DNA of 57,412 nucleotides, filler included, from Circinaria calcarea (lineage: Eukaryota), in assembly GCA_051942165.1 (NCBI GenBank). It is 3 parts of 3 records of this genome, joined end to end, with 100 filler letters (N's around TTAATTAATTAA, not from the genome) between each part and the next. Parts side by side here need not be neighbours in the genome. Positions count along the whole stretch, not along the records: positions 1 to 19,101 come from JAVECS010000217.1; 2 more parts are not named here. One strand, given 5' to 3'. The notes beneath the pieces are model-generated. The model ran no database searches. It saw only the letters and a program-made list of their open reading frames with translations, and had not been told where the DNA came from. This document shows, one piece after another, positions 1-12,210 of this stretch. Every line of letters begins with the position of its first letter. The first letter of the stretch is position 1. The position numbers and the translations under genes were made by a program.

Positions 1-907
1 ATATTTCTAGAGCAGAAAAAACCGGGGCGGGAAAAAGGAGGATGAGGATGAGGATGAATAAATACAAGGCACCCGAGGTCGGGAAGGGGGGGATTTAAAA
101 CGAAAATTCAGAGTTTTCCTTTCTTCCAACCAGTCACTTCAACTCGAACAAAGTGCCATGATCAAAATCTAGGTCGTAGGAATTTCATAATAATTGGGGT
201 TGGGGGGGGTTGGTGTTCATGCTCTACGCTTTAGTTAGGGGTGGCGAAACCTCGCTTAGCTGGCGTCTTGGCGTCTCTTGGCGTATAGGGAAAAAAACCA
301 TTCACGGCACATAAGTTTTCCTCCTTAACGATTTAGTTTCTTCAAAATATACTGCGTAGAGCCATCGTATTGCTCGTGCCCTCACATTACCACAGACCTT
401 AGCTATAGATACTTTTCCAGTAAAGTACTCTACAGCCTCACAGGGGGTTAACTTTTTTCCTTTTGAGTAAAATGAATGCTTGGATTTTTTTGGATTTTTT
501 TTGGGATTTCTTGCATCTCTACAAAAAAGGTAGTCGAGCCATCTATCAATCAAAAGAAAGAGACAATGCCCAAGCGCTGAAGCTAGAAGACCGAGGACAT
601 TGCATCCTTTCCCTTTTTTTTCTCCGCAAAGATACACACATGCAGCGTTTTGTAATGACTTGCGACGAGAAAGAGGAGCTTTTTTGCGGCAAGGGGGTAT
701 CTGTGTAAATAAAGCGACAATTGCTTATGCCGAGACCAAGGAAGATCTGAAATGAGTTGTAAGCTCCAGATACACTGTCGTCTGCTGAAAGCAACTAAAA
801 AGCTACCAAGTCATCCACTCAACATCCTTTGTAAACTCCCAAAGATCTGCCATGGTGGTATTTAAGAAATCCACCGAGGTGGGAGAAGCTGGGCTGGGAT
901 GGAATCC

Positions 908-3900
908 TTAGATCGGAATACCCTACCTATACGTTAGGACCAAAATTTCAAGCCAAAAACCAGGGAGACTTACGAAAAGGAAAGCCAATTCCCTTTCTCC
1001 CAGCCTACCGATGCTCTGGCTAGCTTTCTCATCCAACGCTCCTTCTATGACCGCTCGCTTCTTCTCCTGCAGGGCAATGATACGGTCTTCCACAGTATTT
1101 GGCACCAGGACTCGATGGACCTGCACCGTTTTTTTCTGTCCGATACGATGGGCTCGATCAATCGCTTGCTCTTCAATGTATGGGTTCCAAAACGGATCAA
1201 AGAGAATAACCTGAGAGGCGGCAGTCAAGTTCAAACCAGCGTTGCCGGCTTTCAACGAGACCAGCAAGATCTTGCAATCCTTCTTGTCGCTAAAGTCAAT
1301 CACGGCATCATTACGCGCTATGGCACTCATACTCCCGTCGTACCTTTCCAGTGTTAGTCCAAGGGATTGACATGATTAGCAGTTAAAGCGTGACAACATA
1401 CCGACGGTAGCCCCAATCCTTCTTCTGGATGGGGATCTCGAGAAGATCGAGCAATGAAGTGAACTGGCTGAAGATAATTGTCTTCTCGCTTTCTTTGCGT
1501 TGTTGAATGGAATCCAATATCTCCAACGTCTTCTCGATCTTTGCACTGGTCACCCAATCCTTCTCGAGACGCTTAAGATACTTGCGGCGAGCCCTTGCAT
1601 TCTTGTGGCTCTCAGCCTTGAGCTGTGCAAGAGTCTTTTTGACATGATCATCCGCCTTTCCCTTGCCCTTGATCGTTGATTTCTTTTGCTTCTTGGCCTT
1701 GGGCTTCTTAGCCGACCTTTCAAAGGGGGTGTTGCCTATACGATATCCTTCTGTATCGGTATCATCGTCGTCTTCAACATCGTCATGCACAACGAAGCCA
1801 CCCAAGTCATCTCCCTCATCGCTATCGGATTCAGAGTCGCTATCACTCCCACTGTTTTCTTCAATGTCAACTACCGCGCCGCCCACATCCAAGCTTTCCG
1901 CTTCAACCGCTTCTGGCATATGTACTTTTTTGAAGGAGTTGTAATCCGTAACTTTACTTGGTTCGACCTTGCCGCGACAGTTTGGACATTTCACCGCGTG
2001 GTTTCCCTCGCCTTCGGCGATAGCTTGCGAGGGATCTTGAATCTTCGTAAAACATTCCGAACAAGTACTGTGACCGCAGGGAGTAAAGATGGTAGCGTTT
2101 TCTATCGTGTCCATACAAATCGGACATTCGATCGCACCTTGACTTTTGATCCGCGCGACTACATCAGCGCCAAGGCCCTTTGCGAGTTCGAGCATGTCTT
2201 CGACCGAAACTCCTCCTGTAGCCCCACCAGCACTTATGCCAAAATCCTTGATCAAGTGAGGGTGGCAGCAAGCTTGTCGGAGACGCAAGAGGAGGACAAG
2301 AGCATTGGAGTAATTCCTCCCAAGCGTTCCGGCTCTGAGATATTTACTCACGGTTAACTGTGTTTGGGTCTCCAACGCTCGGTAAAACTGTTCCTCATCC
2401 TCGCTGAACACGGCATGTTGGATTTCAGTGACGCGTTCTGGTAGTTCCAGTATCGGCTTTCCATCTATCATAGACTTCTTGGTGCGGCGAAGGAGGACCG
2501 CTTTTAATAAAGCTTGGAGTTTCCTCATCGCTTGGTCCTTTGCACTTTGACTCGAACTCTTAAGCGGCCTGGTAAAGTCCTGGAAGTCGTCAGCCAAAAG
2601 CAAGACCAAAATTTACAGCCCAACTTACAACACTGAATCTTTCGTGTGAGTTGTATGGCTTGATACGCAGGAAATTGATCAGAGAGTATAGCTCATTAAC
2701 GCTGTTCATCATCGGAGTTCCGCTCATACAGATTCTGGTCAATGATTGTAATTCGAAGGCGGATTTGGCTGCTTTCGTCGATTTGTTCTTGATACATTGT
2801 GCTTCGTCAAGAATCACCCTATCATGACATCCTGTCAGAGAAAAATAGTGGTTATCAGTCATCACTTCTCAGGGCTACTCACCGATACCACTTGCATTCA
2901 TCTCCTAGAAGAGTGAGACGATCGTTTGCACTCATCGGCCGCCAATTAGCATTTCCTTTCTTCGCCATGTCGATTTCCTCTTTGCGTTTCAACTACAGTG
3001 CGTTAGCAAGATATGAGGCGGCCGTCCTGATCATAGCTTACTTCAGCAGCGAGCGTTCCATAGGTGGTAAGAACGACGTCGTATCTCTTGATCATCTCCC
3101 AAGTTATGTTCCTTCCTCTGGAGTGGTAAATATACGTGCTCAAACGATGCTCCCGCCCAGGCTTAAGACGCAGGTCTATCTCTCTTTCCCATTGCTTCAG
3201 AAGGGCTACCGGCGCCACGATCAAGGTTGTTTTACGATTCGGGTCTGTAGACTTCCGTGTGACCATCAAAGCGATGGCTTGCACTGTCTTCCCAAGGCCC
3301 ATGTCGTCAGCCAGGATACCGCCCTTGTTTGAGCCTTCTTCCATTTTTTGTAGCCATGTAAGCCCGAGCTTTTGGTGCTCGTACAAGGGCGAGGTCACAC
3401 TCATAGACTCCGGCGTTCCTACTCGGCTATTTGGAGGTATGAATTCATCTGGCCGAATGTTCTCGAATAGAGTCCTCATCTCCGCTGCTGTCCTGCTTGG
3501 GTCGCCTGTGATATTCTGAATGCGTTCAACGTGTTCTTCGTAGACTTCACGACTGTGAGGATTGTTGACATTAACCATGGCACCGTATGTACCGTTGAAC
3601 AGGTGGTTATTCGTAGTGACCTGTTGAGAGCCAATAGGGTAGTCTATGTCTAAGTCGATAATCTCAGGATTCGTAAGTGAATCTGGCATAACCTGACCGT
3701 ACGGGTTACTGTGGCTATTACTGTATCCCTGACTGTAGCCGTTACCGTATCCAGAAGTTGGTGCCGAATAAGCACTGGCCTGTGGGTTTAGAAGATTGCT
3801 AACCCCACTCACTGCGCCCGTCAGCACGTTCGATATGCCTTGACCGGCTGCGTTGAAAGCGTTTGACCAGCCATTCACCGAGAGACTGTTGATCCCGGTG

Positions 3901-5027
3901 TTGTAGGCATTCTGATACGAGTTATTGGGAAGAGCCAACGGTGCGTATGACCCTTGGAAGTCTGTTAGAGGGGTCTGGTCTATGTCCGTCCAACATTCTT
4001 TTCTGGCAGATCCACCGTTATTCGCATATCCTTGATTCCCAACCCAAGCTATAGGGTTGGAGGGTGAAACGCTTGGTTGAAAGCTCGTTGGCCCTAACTC
4101 TACTACATCACTGTTCGGGTGTTCCAGTTCAGCATCGGAGTCGTCATCGCTACCTAAATCGATAAAATTTGAGTAGTCGTTTGGAGGTATTTTGCTTGCT
4201 GTAACCTGACCTTCCCTCTTGATAGCGGATGGATTAAAAGTGGGCATCCCGCCAACGCTCTCTTTCGTCGGGTTAGCAGGGGTCTGAGAGGACGAAGGTA
4301 GCTGCGGCGGACGGAAGCTTCTGGCAGTATCAAAAAATGGATGCGTTGACGTGTATGAGGTTGAGCCTTGGGTGGTTGAACTGGCTGATGAAGGTCTGTA
4401 CGGCTCTTCCTGTAACTCTAGAAGTCTAGCGATGTGCTCATCTTGACGCTCCTGCTCTACACGGTCTCGGGCCGCTTTCTCAAGCTTCTTCTGCTCTTCA
4501 AGGACCTCACGCATCTCATCTTTAGGATTAACACCCAAAAGCCGGAAGAGCTCCGGATCGTCCGAGAGGTCGAAGTCTAAAGATGAAGGGGTGGTTGTTC
4601 CTGTTGGAGCTGGACTTGGCGTTATTCGCATAGACTTGCCATCACGACCAGTAGAGAGGCGGTTTGAAAGGTCCATCGACTCCCTGGGTCGTTTCCTACT
4701 CATGCTAGGTAACGTAGGCAATGCCGGTGAGGACCCTGTTGAGCTCTGTTCGGAGTTCGAACCAGCTACAGAAGAATCACCGGTATGTACACTCGTTGAA
4801 AGCCGAGGAGTTTGTAATTGCATGTTATTGCTCAGAGGTGGGAAACTCCACTGGGGTTCTTGAGCCCGATAATTTAGGTCCATCACGACTCCATCAGAGG
4901 CAAAGTGACCATTGTGGTCAGAAGCGCTACAAATGTCGGGATGGTGAGGATCAGGCTCACTCGCAGCGGCTGACCCTTCTTGTACCGGCGTCTGCTGCCC
5001 TAGGTAACTCACAAATGGGTTATTCAT
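908..5027 (-). CDS. SNF2-family ATPase/helicase with inserted RING finger (ULS1/RIS1/Rrp1-2-like, RAD5/16 group); 6 coding exons
   Basis: Motif I region GGILADDMGLGKTVQAIAL, motif II VILDEAQ, III SGTP, RING CPIC..CGHSTCSEC..CPNC, and HELICc SLKAGNAGLNL..QAIDRAHRIGQ. Introns (minus) 3041-2993, 2882-2819, 2628-2580, 1401-1344 and 973-923 restore one frame ending GIPI* at 908. The long disordered N-terminus has SIM-like FIDL/IIDL motifs. The start at 5027 is uncertain. Confidence 0.9.
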
Positions 5028-6909
5028 AGTCTGACTGCACTGACAGGTACAGGCCTAAGTTCACAGACTACCCTTATCGCCTTGATCTTTTCAAAGGCCT
5101 TGCCAATCACAGAAGCGTCCAAAGGACCAGGTATCCGATCTAACCTTCCCTCCGGCAAAGCGTTGAAAGCTGCACTCGTCACAGGAAATTCGGGGATCCT
5201 GTTGGTACTAGCGGATGTCAGAGGTATAAACTATCCGCCGACCGCTCCAGGTAGCTGTTAACAACCGTTGCAATAAAATGCTATTTTTGGGCCCTGACTT
5301 CTTCTTTGGTAGAGTGGATCTCCCCCCTCAGGCAGTGGAGCTCCGCTAAGGTTTCACTTCACTGTGATGGCGATTGGATGTAGGGCGATTCGACGAGATT
5401 CTCTTTTGTCAAAAGCCACAGCCTTTGGTCCTAATGCAGCTGGTCCGGTGTGAAATTCTAGTGGATTTGTTATGGCTGGTTGATATGGCAAGTTGTCGTC
5501 TTTATTGGCCATGGAGATAAGGGGATGGTAGACTGGAGGAGAGCTTCGACATGGATGTGAGGGTACGGGGCTGATGTCAGGCTTGGCCGCTGTCAACCCC
5601 AACTGTTAACAACCGAGAACTGAGCATTCATCTGAAATCACTTCGCATGTAGGATGAAGAGGGCAGGCACCGACCTCAGGAGTTCAATGTCGGAAAATTC
5701 AACCTTGATGGTAGCCTTGGGGGGTGTTGAAAGGGCCACGGAACCTAATTATCCTGGTTGCAGGTGCAGGATACCTCAGGATAGGCAAAGGCTCGAACGG
5801 GTCGGTTTAGGCGTGCCGTCGACGTGGCAGAGACAGTGGGCACTCTCTACTGAAGGAGGGAGGAGGGCAGGAGAGTTGAAGTATTCGCGCGTTGAAGGTC
5901 TGCTCGCTACCAGAACTGCCTCCAAACTCGTATGACGCGCCGTTCGTTCACCCCAATTCCAATGCACTCACTTGCACTTTCTGAAGCGAAGGGAACCTTA
6001 CCGAAGCCACCTTAGCCTGGCGCTAGATCCTGCCCTTTCCTTCCTACGCTAGACAGGAGGCCTTACAGGGCCGTCGGTGAGTGTTGGGTCATCATTCGCA
6101 TTGAGATTACCCGTGACGATCAGTCTCCCGGCTTCAGTGCCCGGGTAGTGGTGGTGGTGGTGGCAGCAGTCTTCTACGCCGTTCAGGAAGGGGCGGCATT
6201 CATCCATTATACGTACAGAGAAACACAACTCCTGAGCTAGCAGCGGCGACAAAGAAACCGGGCGACAACCAGCCCGCTTGATTGTTCGCACTACCTTCCG
6301 GCCAACGAGGCTGTTGTGCAATGCGAAGACGACGAATCCGCTTCTCATCCTCCACCCCCGCTAAAGACTCGCGCCTCTGCCACGCCGGCACAGTCCCAAG
6401 ACAGGTCATGGTCACCTCAAGATGCATGCAGCCTTCACGGAACTAGAATTTTCTCGAGGCTTCACTACCTCGAAGGGCTAAGCTGAATTTCGTGGAATCG
6501 TTGGGATCCAAAGGAAAAGCTGGACAGCAAACACCCAAGCGCCCCGGCCCTGAAAGTGAAATCCTTGCCGATATTTACAACCAAGCAGGCAACACAACGA
6601 ATATCTTCGCGTCGACGGCCTCCACCTCTTCGATCTACCAACTTACAGTTACAGCTCGAGCTAAAAGGTCCAGACACAAGCTTCCGTCCTCCAATCGAAC
6701 CTTACCCCGACTCGAAAACACCGGTGGATGGAGCCCTTGCCTAAACTGCTCCATTTCGGCCCATCACGGCATGATACGAGTGAGAAGTGTTGAGCCAGTC
6801 GGAAAGGAGTCGGAGGCGGTAGAATATCAGAATGCTCATCGTCGACATCCCATAATAAATCAGGTCAGATGTAGACTTGACAGGGCGTGTTGTTGTACCG
6901 AAAGCAGCA

Positions 6910-9900
6910 TCATCCACTGTGTGATCGCAGCAATACCTAGTTGAAGGTTAGTGACGTATGGGTGTAAAGTTGAGAAGCCAAAGAATCATACCCGCTCCAG
7001 TGGATCCTGTTGGTCCATAGTAACTAAAGCCGGGCTTTCCAGAATACCCATATCGAGGGGCCCCGTGGTCGTGGTAGCACGATTTTCGAGCACCGGTCTC
7101 TGAAGCTGGTGCGCTAAACTTGAGCCGCGAGAGTGGGATCCAGAATTCTTCGTCGGTTCCGGGGGATCGTCTTTTGCAGACAGCCTAGGTTCTGTACCAC
7201 GTTCCAGAAGCTTCCCTCCTAGTGTAGCACACTTGAGGATGGTCTGCATCATCTGGTTCTGCTTCAAGGGCTTTGAAAGATATTCGTCCATTTGGGCTTG
7301 GATACACTTTTCTCGATCGCCCAACATGGCATGTGCCGTAAGGGCAATGATCGGCGTCCGGACAAGCCCTTGCTCTCTCTCGTAATCTCGAATCTTTGCA
7401 GTGGCTTCAAAGCCTCCCATGATAGGCATCTGCACATCCATGAGGATGACGTCGAACCTCCTCTTTTGAATGGCTTCAAATGCTTCGAGGCCGTTGTTCG
7501 CAACAGTGACACCATGATGGTACTTCTCGAGGATCTTTACAGCAAGCCGCTGGTTGACCTCATTGTCTTCGGCAAGGAGGATATCGAACGATTTCATGTG
7601 GTCGGATATGGATGGAGCAGCTCGACCTTCCAATGCCGGAATCATGCCATTCCCAAGGTCGATCAGCTTGCAGGGCGTGGTCATATAAGAGGTGATGCCA
7701 AGGTCTAAAGCTGATTTCATGCTGACGGAAACAACGGGTGCCAATAGCACTATGGGAACATACTTGAATTCATCAACATTACGAAGCTTGACCGCAGTAT
7801 CTATATCGTCGACCAATATAGCGTCGTACGCGTGACTTTTGGACTTTGATGAAGTATTGTGTAGTTCGGGCCGCGGCGCTTGCTTCTCCGTACTTACAAC
7901 TATTGGAATTAATTCCAATTGCCTCAGCATTGCCGTAACTTGGGTAGCGTAGCGAGTTCGCCCCTTGTCGATAAACAGTACCCGGTGGTTCTTGTACGGT
8001 TTCAACTGCGTTGAGAGGCCGGCAGTGTCGAGCGGCGCAAGTTTGACCACGCATGTAAAGAAAAATGTACTACCTTGCCCGTAATTAGACGTTACCCAGA
8101 CGTTCCCGCCCATGAGATTGACTAGCTTCCGAGATATCGACAATCCCAATCCAGTGCCGCCGAATCTCCGAGTGGTGGAGCCATCAGCCTGCTGGAATGT
8201 GTCGAAGATTAGATTAAGCTTGTCCGACTGTATACCAATACCTGTGTCAGCAACAGAAAACTGGAAAGCGTACTCGTCAGGAGCGTGCTTGATGTCTGTG
8301 GTGCCGCCGATAACAAGTCTAACTTCACCATGTTCGGTGAATTTGATAGCGTTGCCAACAAGGTTAAGAATGACTTGTCGAAGACGGAATGGGTCCCCGA
8401 TCACATAGTCAGGAACCGAGCTGTCGACCTGATAAGCCAGATCCAGGTGTCTATCGTTCGCTCTCACGGCCAGGGTCTTGAGAGCATTGAATACGGTCCC
8501 CCTCACAGAAAATGGAATTGCTTCTATCACCATGCGATTTGCTTCGATCTTTGAGATGTCCAGTATATCATCGATGATGGTTAACAAGCTATTTGCCAGA
8601 TTATGGACAATATTCAGCATCTCCCGCTGATATTGCGTCAAATCCGTATCCAGGGTCAGCTGTGTCATGCCGATTATACCATTCATCGGCGTTCGAATCT
8701 CATGACTCATGTTTGCAAGGAATTCGGACTTGGTCCGGTTGGCAAATTCGGCAGCTTCTCGGGCACTCGTATTTCTTTGAATGCTATCCCTGAGGCTCCA
8801 AACCATCTTATTGATCTTTCGCTTCAGCTCGTCCATCTCCCCGGAAGCATTTACGGTAATCAGCTTTGTAAAGTCTCCATAGGTGGCTGCGTCTGTTATC
8901 TCGCCAAAGGCACGAACCTGCGAAGTTAGATTCTCCGCCATGGTATTGACGTCTTCCGTGATCTCTTTCCATCTGCCTCGAACATTATCAACGTTGGCTT
9001 GTCCTCCCATCTTCCCGTCCACACCGACATCGCGGGCGACCCTCTTCAACTCACGCGCAAAGGTGTCTAACTGGTCGACCATCTCGTTAATGGTGACCTT
9101 CAGTTTGAGAACCTCGCCTTGAGCCTCGACCTCGATCTTCTGGCTCAGATCACCTCGGGCAATGGCCTGAGTGACATCGGAGATTCCCCGTACCTGTGAA
9201 GTTAGGTTGTTCGCCATGATGTTAACGTTATTCGTCAGCTCTTTCCACTTGCCCTCCACGTTTTGCACCATCGCTTGACCACCGAGTGTACCGTCGGTGC
9301 CGACCTCACGAGCCACTTTACTCACTTCAAAGGCAAAGTTGTTAAGCCTGTCAACCATGGCGTTGATGGTGATCTTGAGATCTAGAATCTCGCCTTTGAC
9401 CTCAGCCTTGACCTTTTGACTTAAGTCGCCTTTGGCCACAGCTGTAGTTACTGATGCAATCTCGCGCACCTGGGTTGTCAAGTTCATAGCCATGACATTA
9501 ACACTTTGAGTCAAATCTTTCCATGTGCCCTGAACGTCATGAACTGTAGCTTGGCCGCCGAGTTGCCCGTCGGTACCTACGGCCTTTGCAATCTTAGTTA
9601 CTTCTTGGGCAAACTGCCTCAACTGGTCCACCATGGCATTGATGGTTGTCTTGAGCTCTAGAATTTCTCCCTTGCAGGATGCCTCCACCTTCTGGGTCAA
9701 GTCGCCCTTGGCTACAGCTGTGGTAACTGTGGCGATATCCCGAACTTGGTTTGTCAGGTTGTTCGCCATGGCGTTAACGTTGATGGTAAGATCGCTCCAC
9801 ATGCCCTTGACGCCCTCGATCTGAGCTTGGCCGCCGAGGACGCCTTCGGTACCCACATCACGGGCAACCCTCGTGACTTCTGTGGCAAATGTTCTTAGCT

Positions 9901-10999
9901 GGTCCACCATGGTATTGATGGTTTGTTGTAACTGCAAAATCTCGCCGGAAGCTTTGCGCTGTATCTTCAAGCCCAGGTTTCCTTCTGCCACGGCGGTAGT
10001 AACATCTGCGATTTCCCTGACCTGAACCGTCAGGTTTTCGGCCATATCATTGACTAGACGCAATCAGAATTTCTCTACAACCTGGTTGCGATAGGACTTC
10101 GTACCGTTCTTTGTCAATTCCGCCCAAATACCACTGACACCGGTAATCTGAGCTTGGCCCCCGAGCTTGCCTTCTGTTCCTACTTCCCTAGCGACTCTTG
10201 AAACTTCACTTCCAAATACCTGTAGCTGGTCCATCATGGTGTTGATTGTGTGTTTGAAAGTAGTGATCTCAGGATCCATCTCCACCTCATGTATAAGAAC
10301 CTTGTGGCTAAGATCTCCATTGGCAACATTGGTGATGATGGTGCCAATTTCCCTCAAGGCCTTCTGGAATGCTTCATTTGCTTGCTGGTGTTTGTGGAGT
10401 TCACGCTGTAACGTGGTGATATCCTTATGCTCCACGCTGACGGAGATCTGCTCAGCCCGCTCTTGTTGCTGATGGACTCGATCACAAACGCTCGCAATTG
10501 TCTCCCGCTGACTCTTGATTTCGTTTGATTGTTTCTGGACGTGGTCTCGAAGCTGCTCGAGCTCTTCTTCCGTAAAACTTCTTTGGCCTCCGTGACCGTT
10601 TTCTCGTACCGCCAGGAGATTGGACACCCGAGCATGTCGAGCTGAACTGGTCGATCCTTGACGTGCTGGTGTACTGATGTGGTCTTCGGCTGCCCCCACG
10701 TGCTTCAGATCGAACGGTGACGCCGCAAGTCCGAACTCACTCGGGGTATCCGGTAAATTGTGGGTAGTTGTAGACTTCGCTTTAGCCTCAAGGTATTGGA
10801 CCCTCGCTTCGAGCGCCGAGAGCTCCTTTTCAAAGGACCGCTTCGCAAGGCTGTCAGAGCCCGGCAATTTGGCCTTGGCCTTGACTACCCCATTGACCGA
10901 TGCAAGCTTATACTCGGGCGGGTCGTAGGGGGGAGTTGCACCTTTAGCAAGGTTTCGGATAATCGCTGTTGCAGCGGCAAGCGTCTCGTCTTCGCACAT
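6910..10999 (-). CDS. nik1: Group III hybrid sensor histidine kinase (poly-HAMP, HisKA, HATPase, receiver); osmosensor, NIK1/OS-1 orthologue
   Basis: Repeated ~92-aa HAMP units (..[28 protein letters not shown]), H-box [16 protein letters not shown]-box [11 protein letters not shown] boxes DTGIGI and GGTGLGL, receiver [13 protein letters not shown] at 10999 (MCEDETL); introns 10104-10054 and 6991-6937; last exon VLLRSHSG*. Confidence 0.95.
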
Positions 11000-12210
11000 G
11001 TTGACTTGTCGGGTTGTAATTACCAGAGCATCGGGTAAGGTATGACCGACAGTCGGCTTTCCTGAATGGATTCCAGGTGAACGGCAGGGGAATAAGCTGG
11101 ACCAGGCTGCCCACCGTTCCAAGTCACGATTGGATCCGGCCGGTGCTGACACGAGGAGCGCGAGGATCGTATCGTCTGGCCGAGATCCAGCAGCTGCAGC
11201 AGATGACAGGAGACTCGCAGTGCGACCAGACGGAGGTCGGGCAGGTAAGGTGAAGAGGGCTGAACTAAGAGATGAATGGGCGGGAGAAGGGAGATTGAGA
11301 TCGTCCTACCCCAGGCCGGACCCTGATATAGCGTCAAACTCGGTCATCCGTCAGAGATGTGGTGGGTGAAAGAAAGTGCTCCGAAGTACCGACTGCAAAG
11401 TAGACTGGATGAAGCCTTCAGCACAGTGAGTGTATGGACTGCTCCCAGAGAGAGACTGACTTCCGAGGGGGAATAGGGAATAGATTGATTTGACGCCGTT
11501 ATAGCTCGGGCATGTCTTGGCAATGCTCCCCACGTAGCCACGCTTAACTGCACTCGGGCAAGCCAATAGGACTTCTGACCCCTATTGATGGACATCACCT
11601 GTGGAAGTCATACGTCGGAAGCACGATACTGGCCCCCATCTACGAATCTACTGGGATTTTTCATGACTGCAGCTGCCCGAGCGAGTGTCTTCGGGTATAT
11701 CTCTCGGTGTGATATGACCGATACCATAGTCGACTGCCCGAGCAGCTGCTGTCAAATAGGCAACTGACACTATGACGGTTGTTGCACCGCAGGTCAACGC
11801 TGATAGAATCGTTGCATGTGCTTATGCGAGGGAGCAGACAAGGGGAGCTATCCGGGCTTGGGAAGACCACAGTAATAGGGCAAAGGTCAATCGACTGCGA
11901 ACCCTAGGGTCTATGCGCCTCGTTCGCGCCTTAGAGAAGCGATGGGCGCTAGGGGAATGGTGAGTGGTGAGACGGGAATTCGGGCACAATGGATTAATGT
12001 GCTCGACTGGTTAGACAAGATCTTTGTCCGACCTCTCCGTGATCAGTCGTATCTGGCAATCTACACAGCTGCCTCGACGGTACAAGCTGTGCTATTTCCG
12101 CTTCTGCTAAAGTCTCGGCTCTACCTTAGCCAAGCATCGTAGCACTCGACCATGCGTTTGGCCAGCCCCTTATGGTTACACATCCCCATCCACTACTTCT
12201 TGCTCTGACT

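Noticed and set aside
1..900. Short ORFs and G-runs at the window start
   Set aside because: Low-complexity intergenic or 3'-UTR sequence; no transposon termini or coding signal.
6049..6944. Short ORFs between the SNF2 gene and NIK1 (including 6492-6944 + and a His5 tract)
   Set aside because: No domain-like content or coherent splice model; likely NIK1 3'-UTR or intergenic DNA.
8800..10330. ~276-bp periodic DNA similarity suggesting a repeat array or CRISPR
   Set aside because: Explained by the HAMP repeats of the group III histidine kinase; there is no spacer structure.
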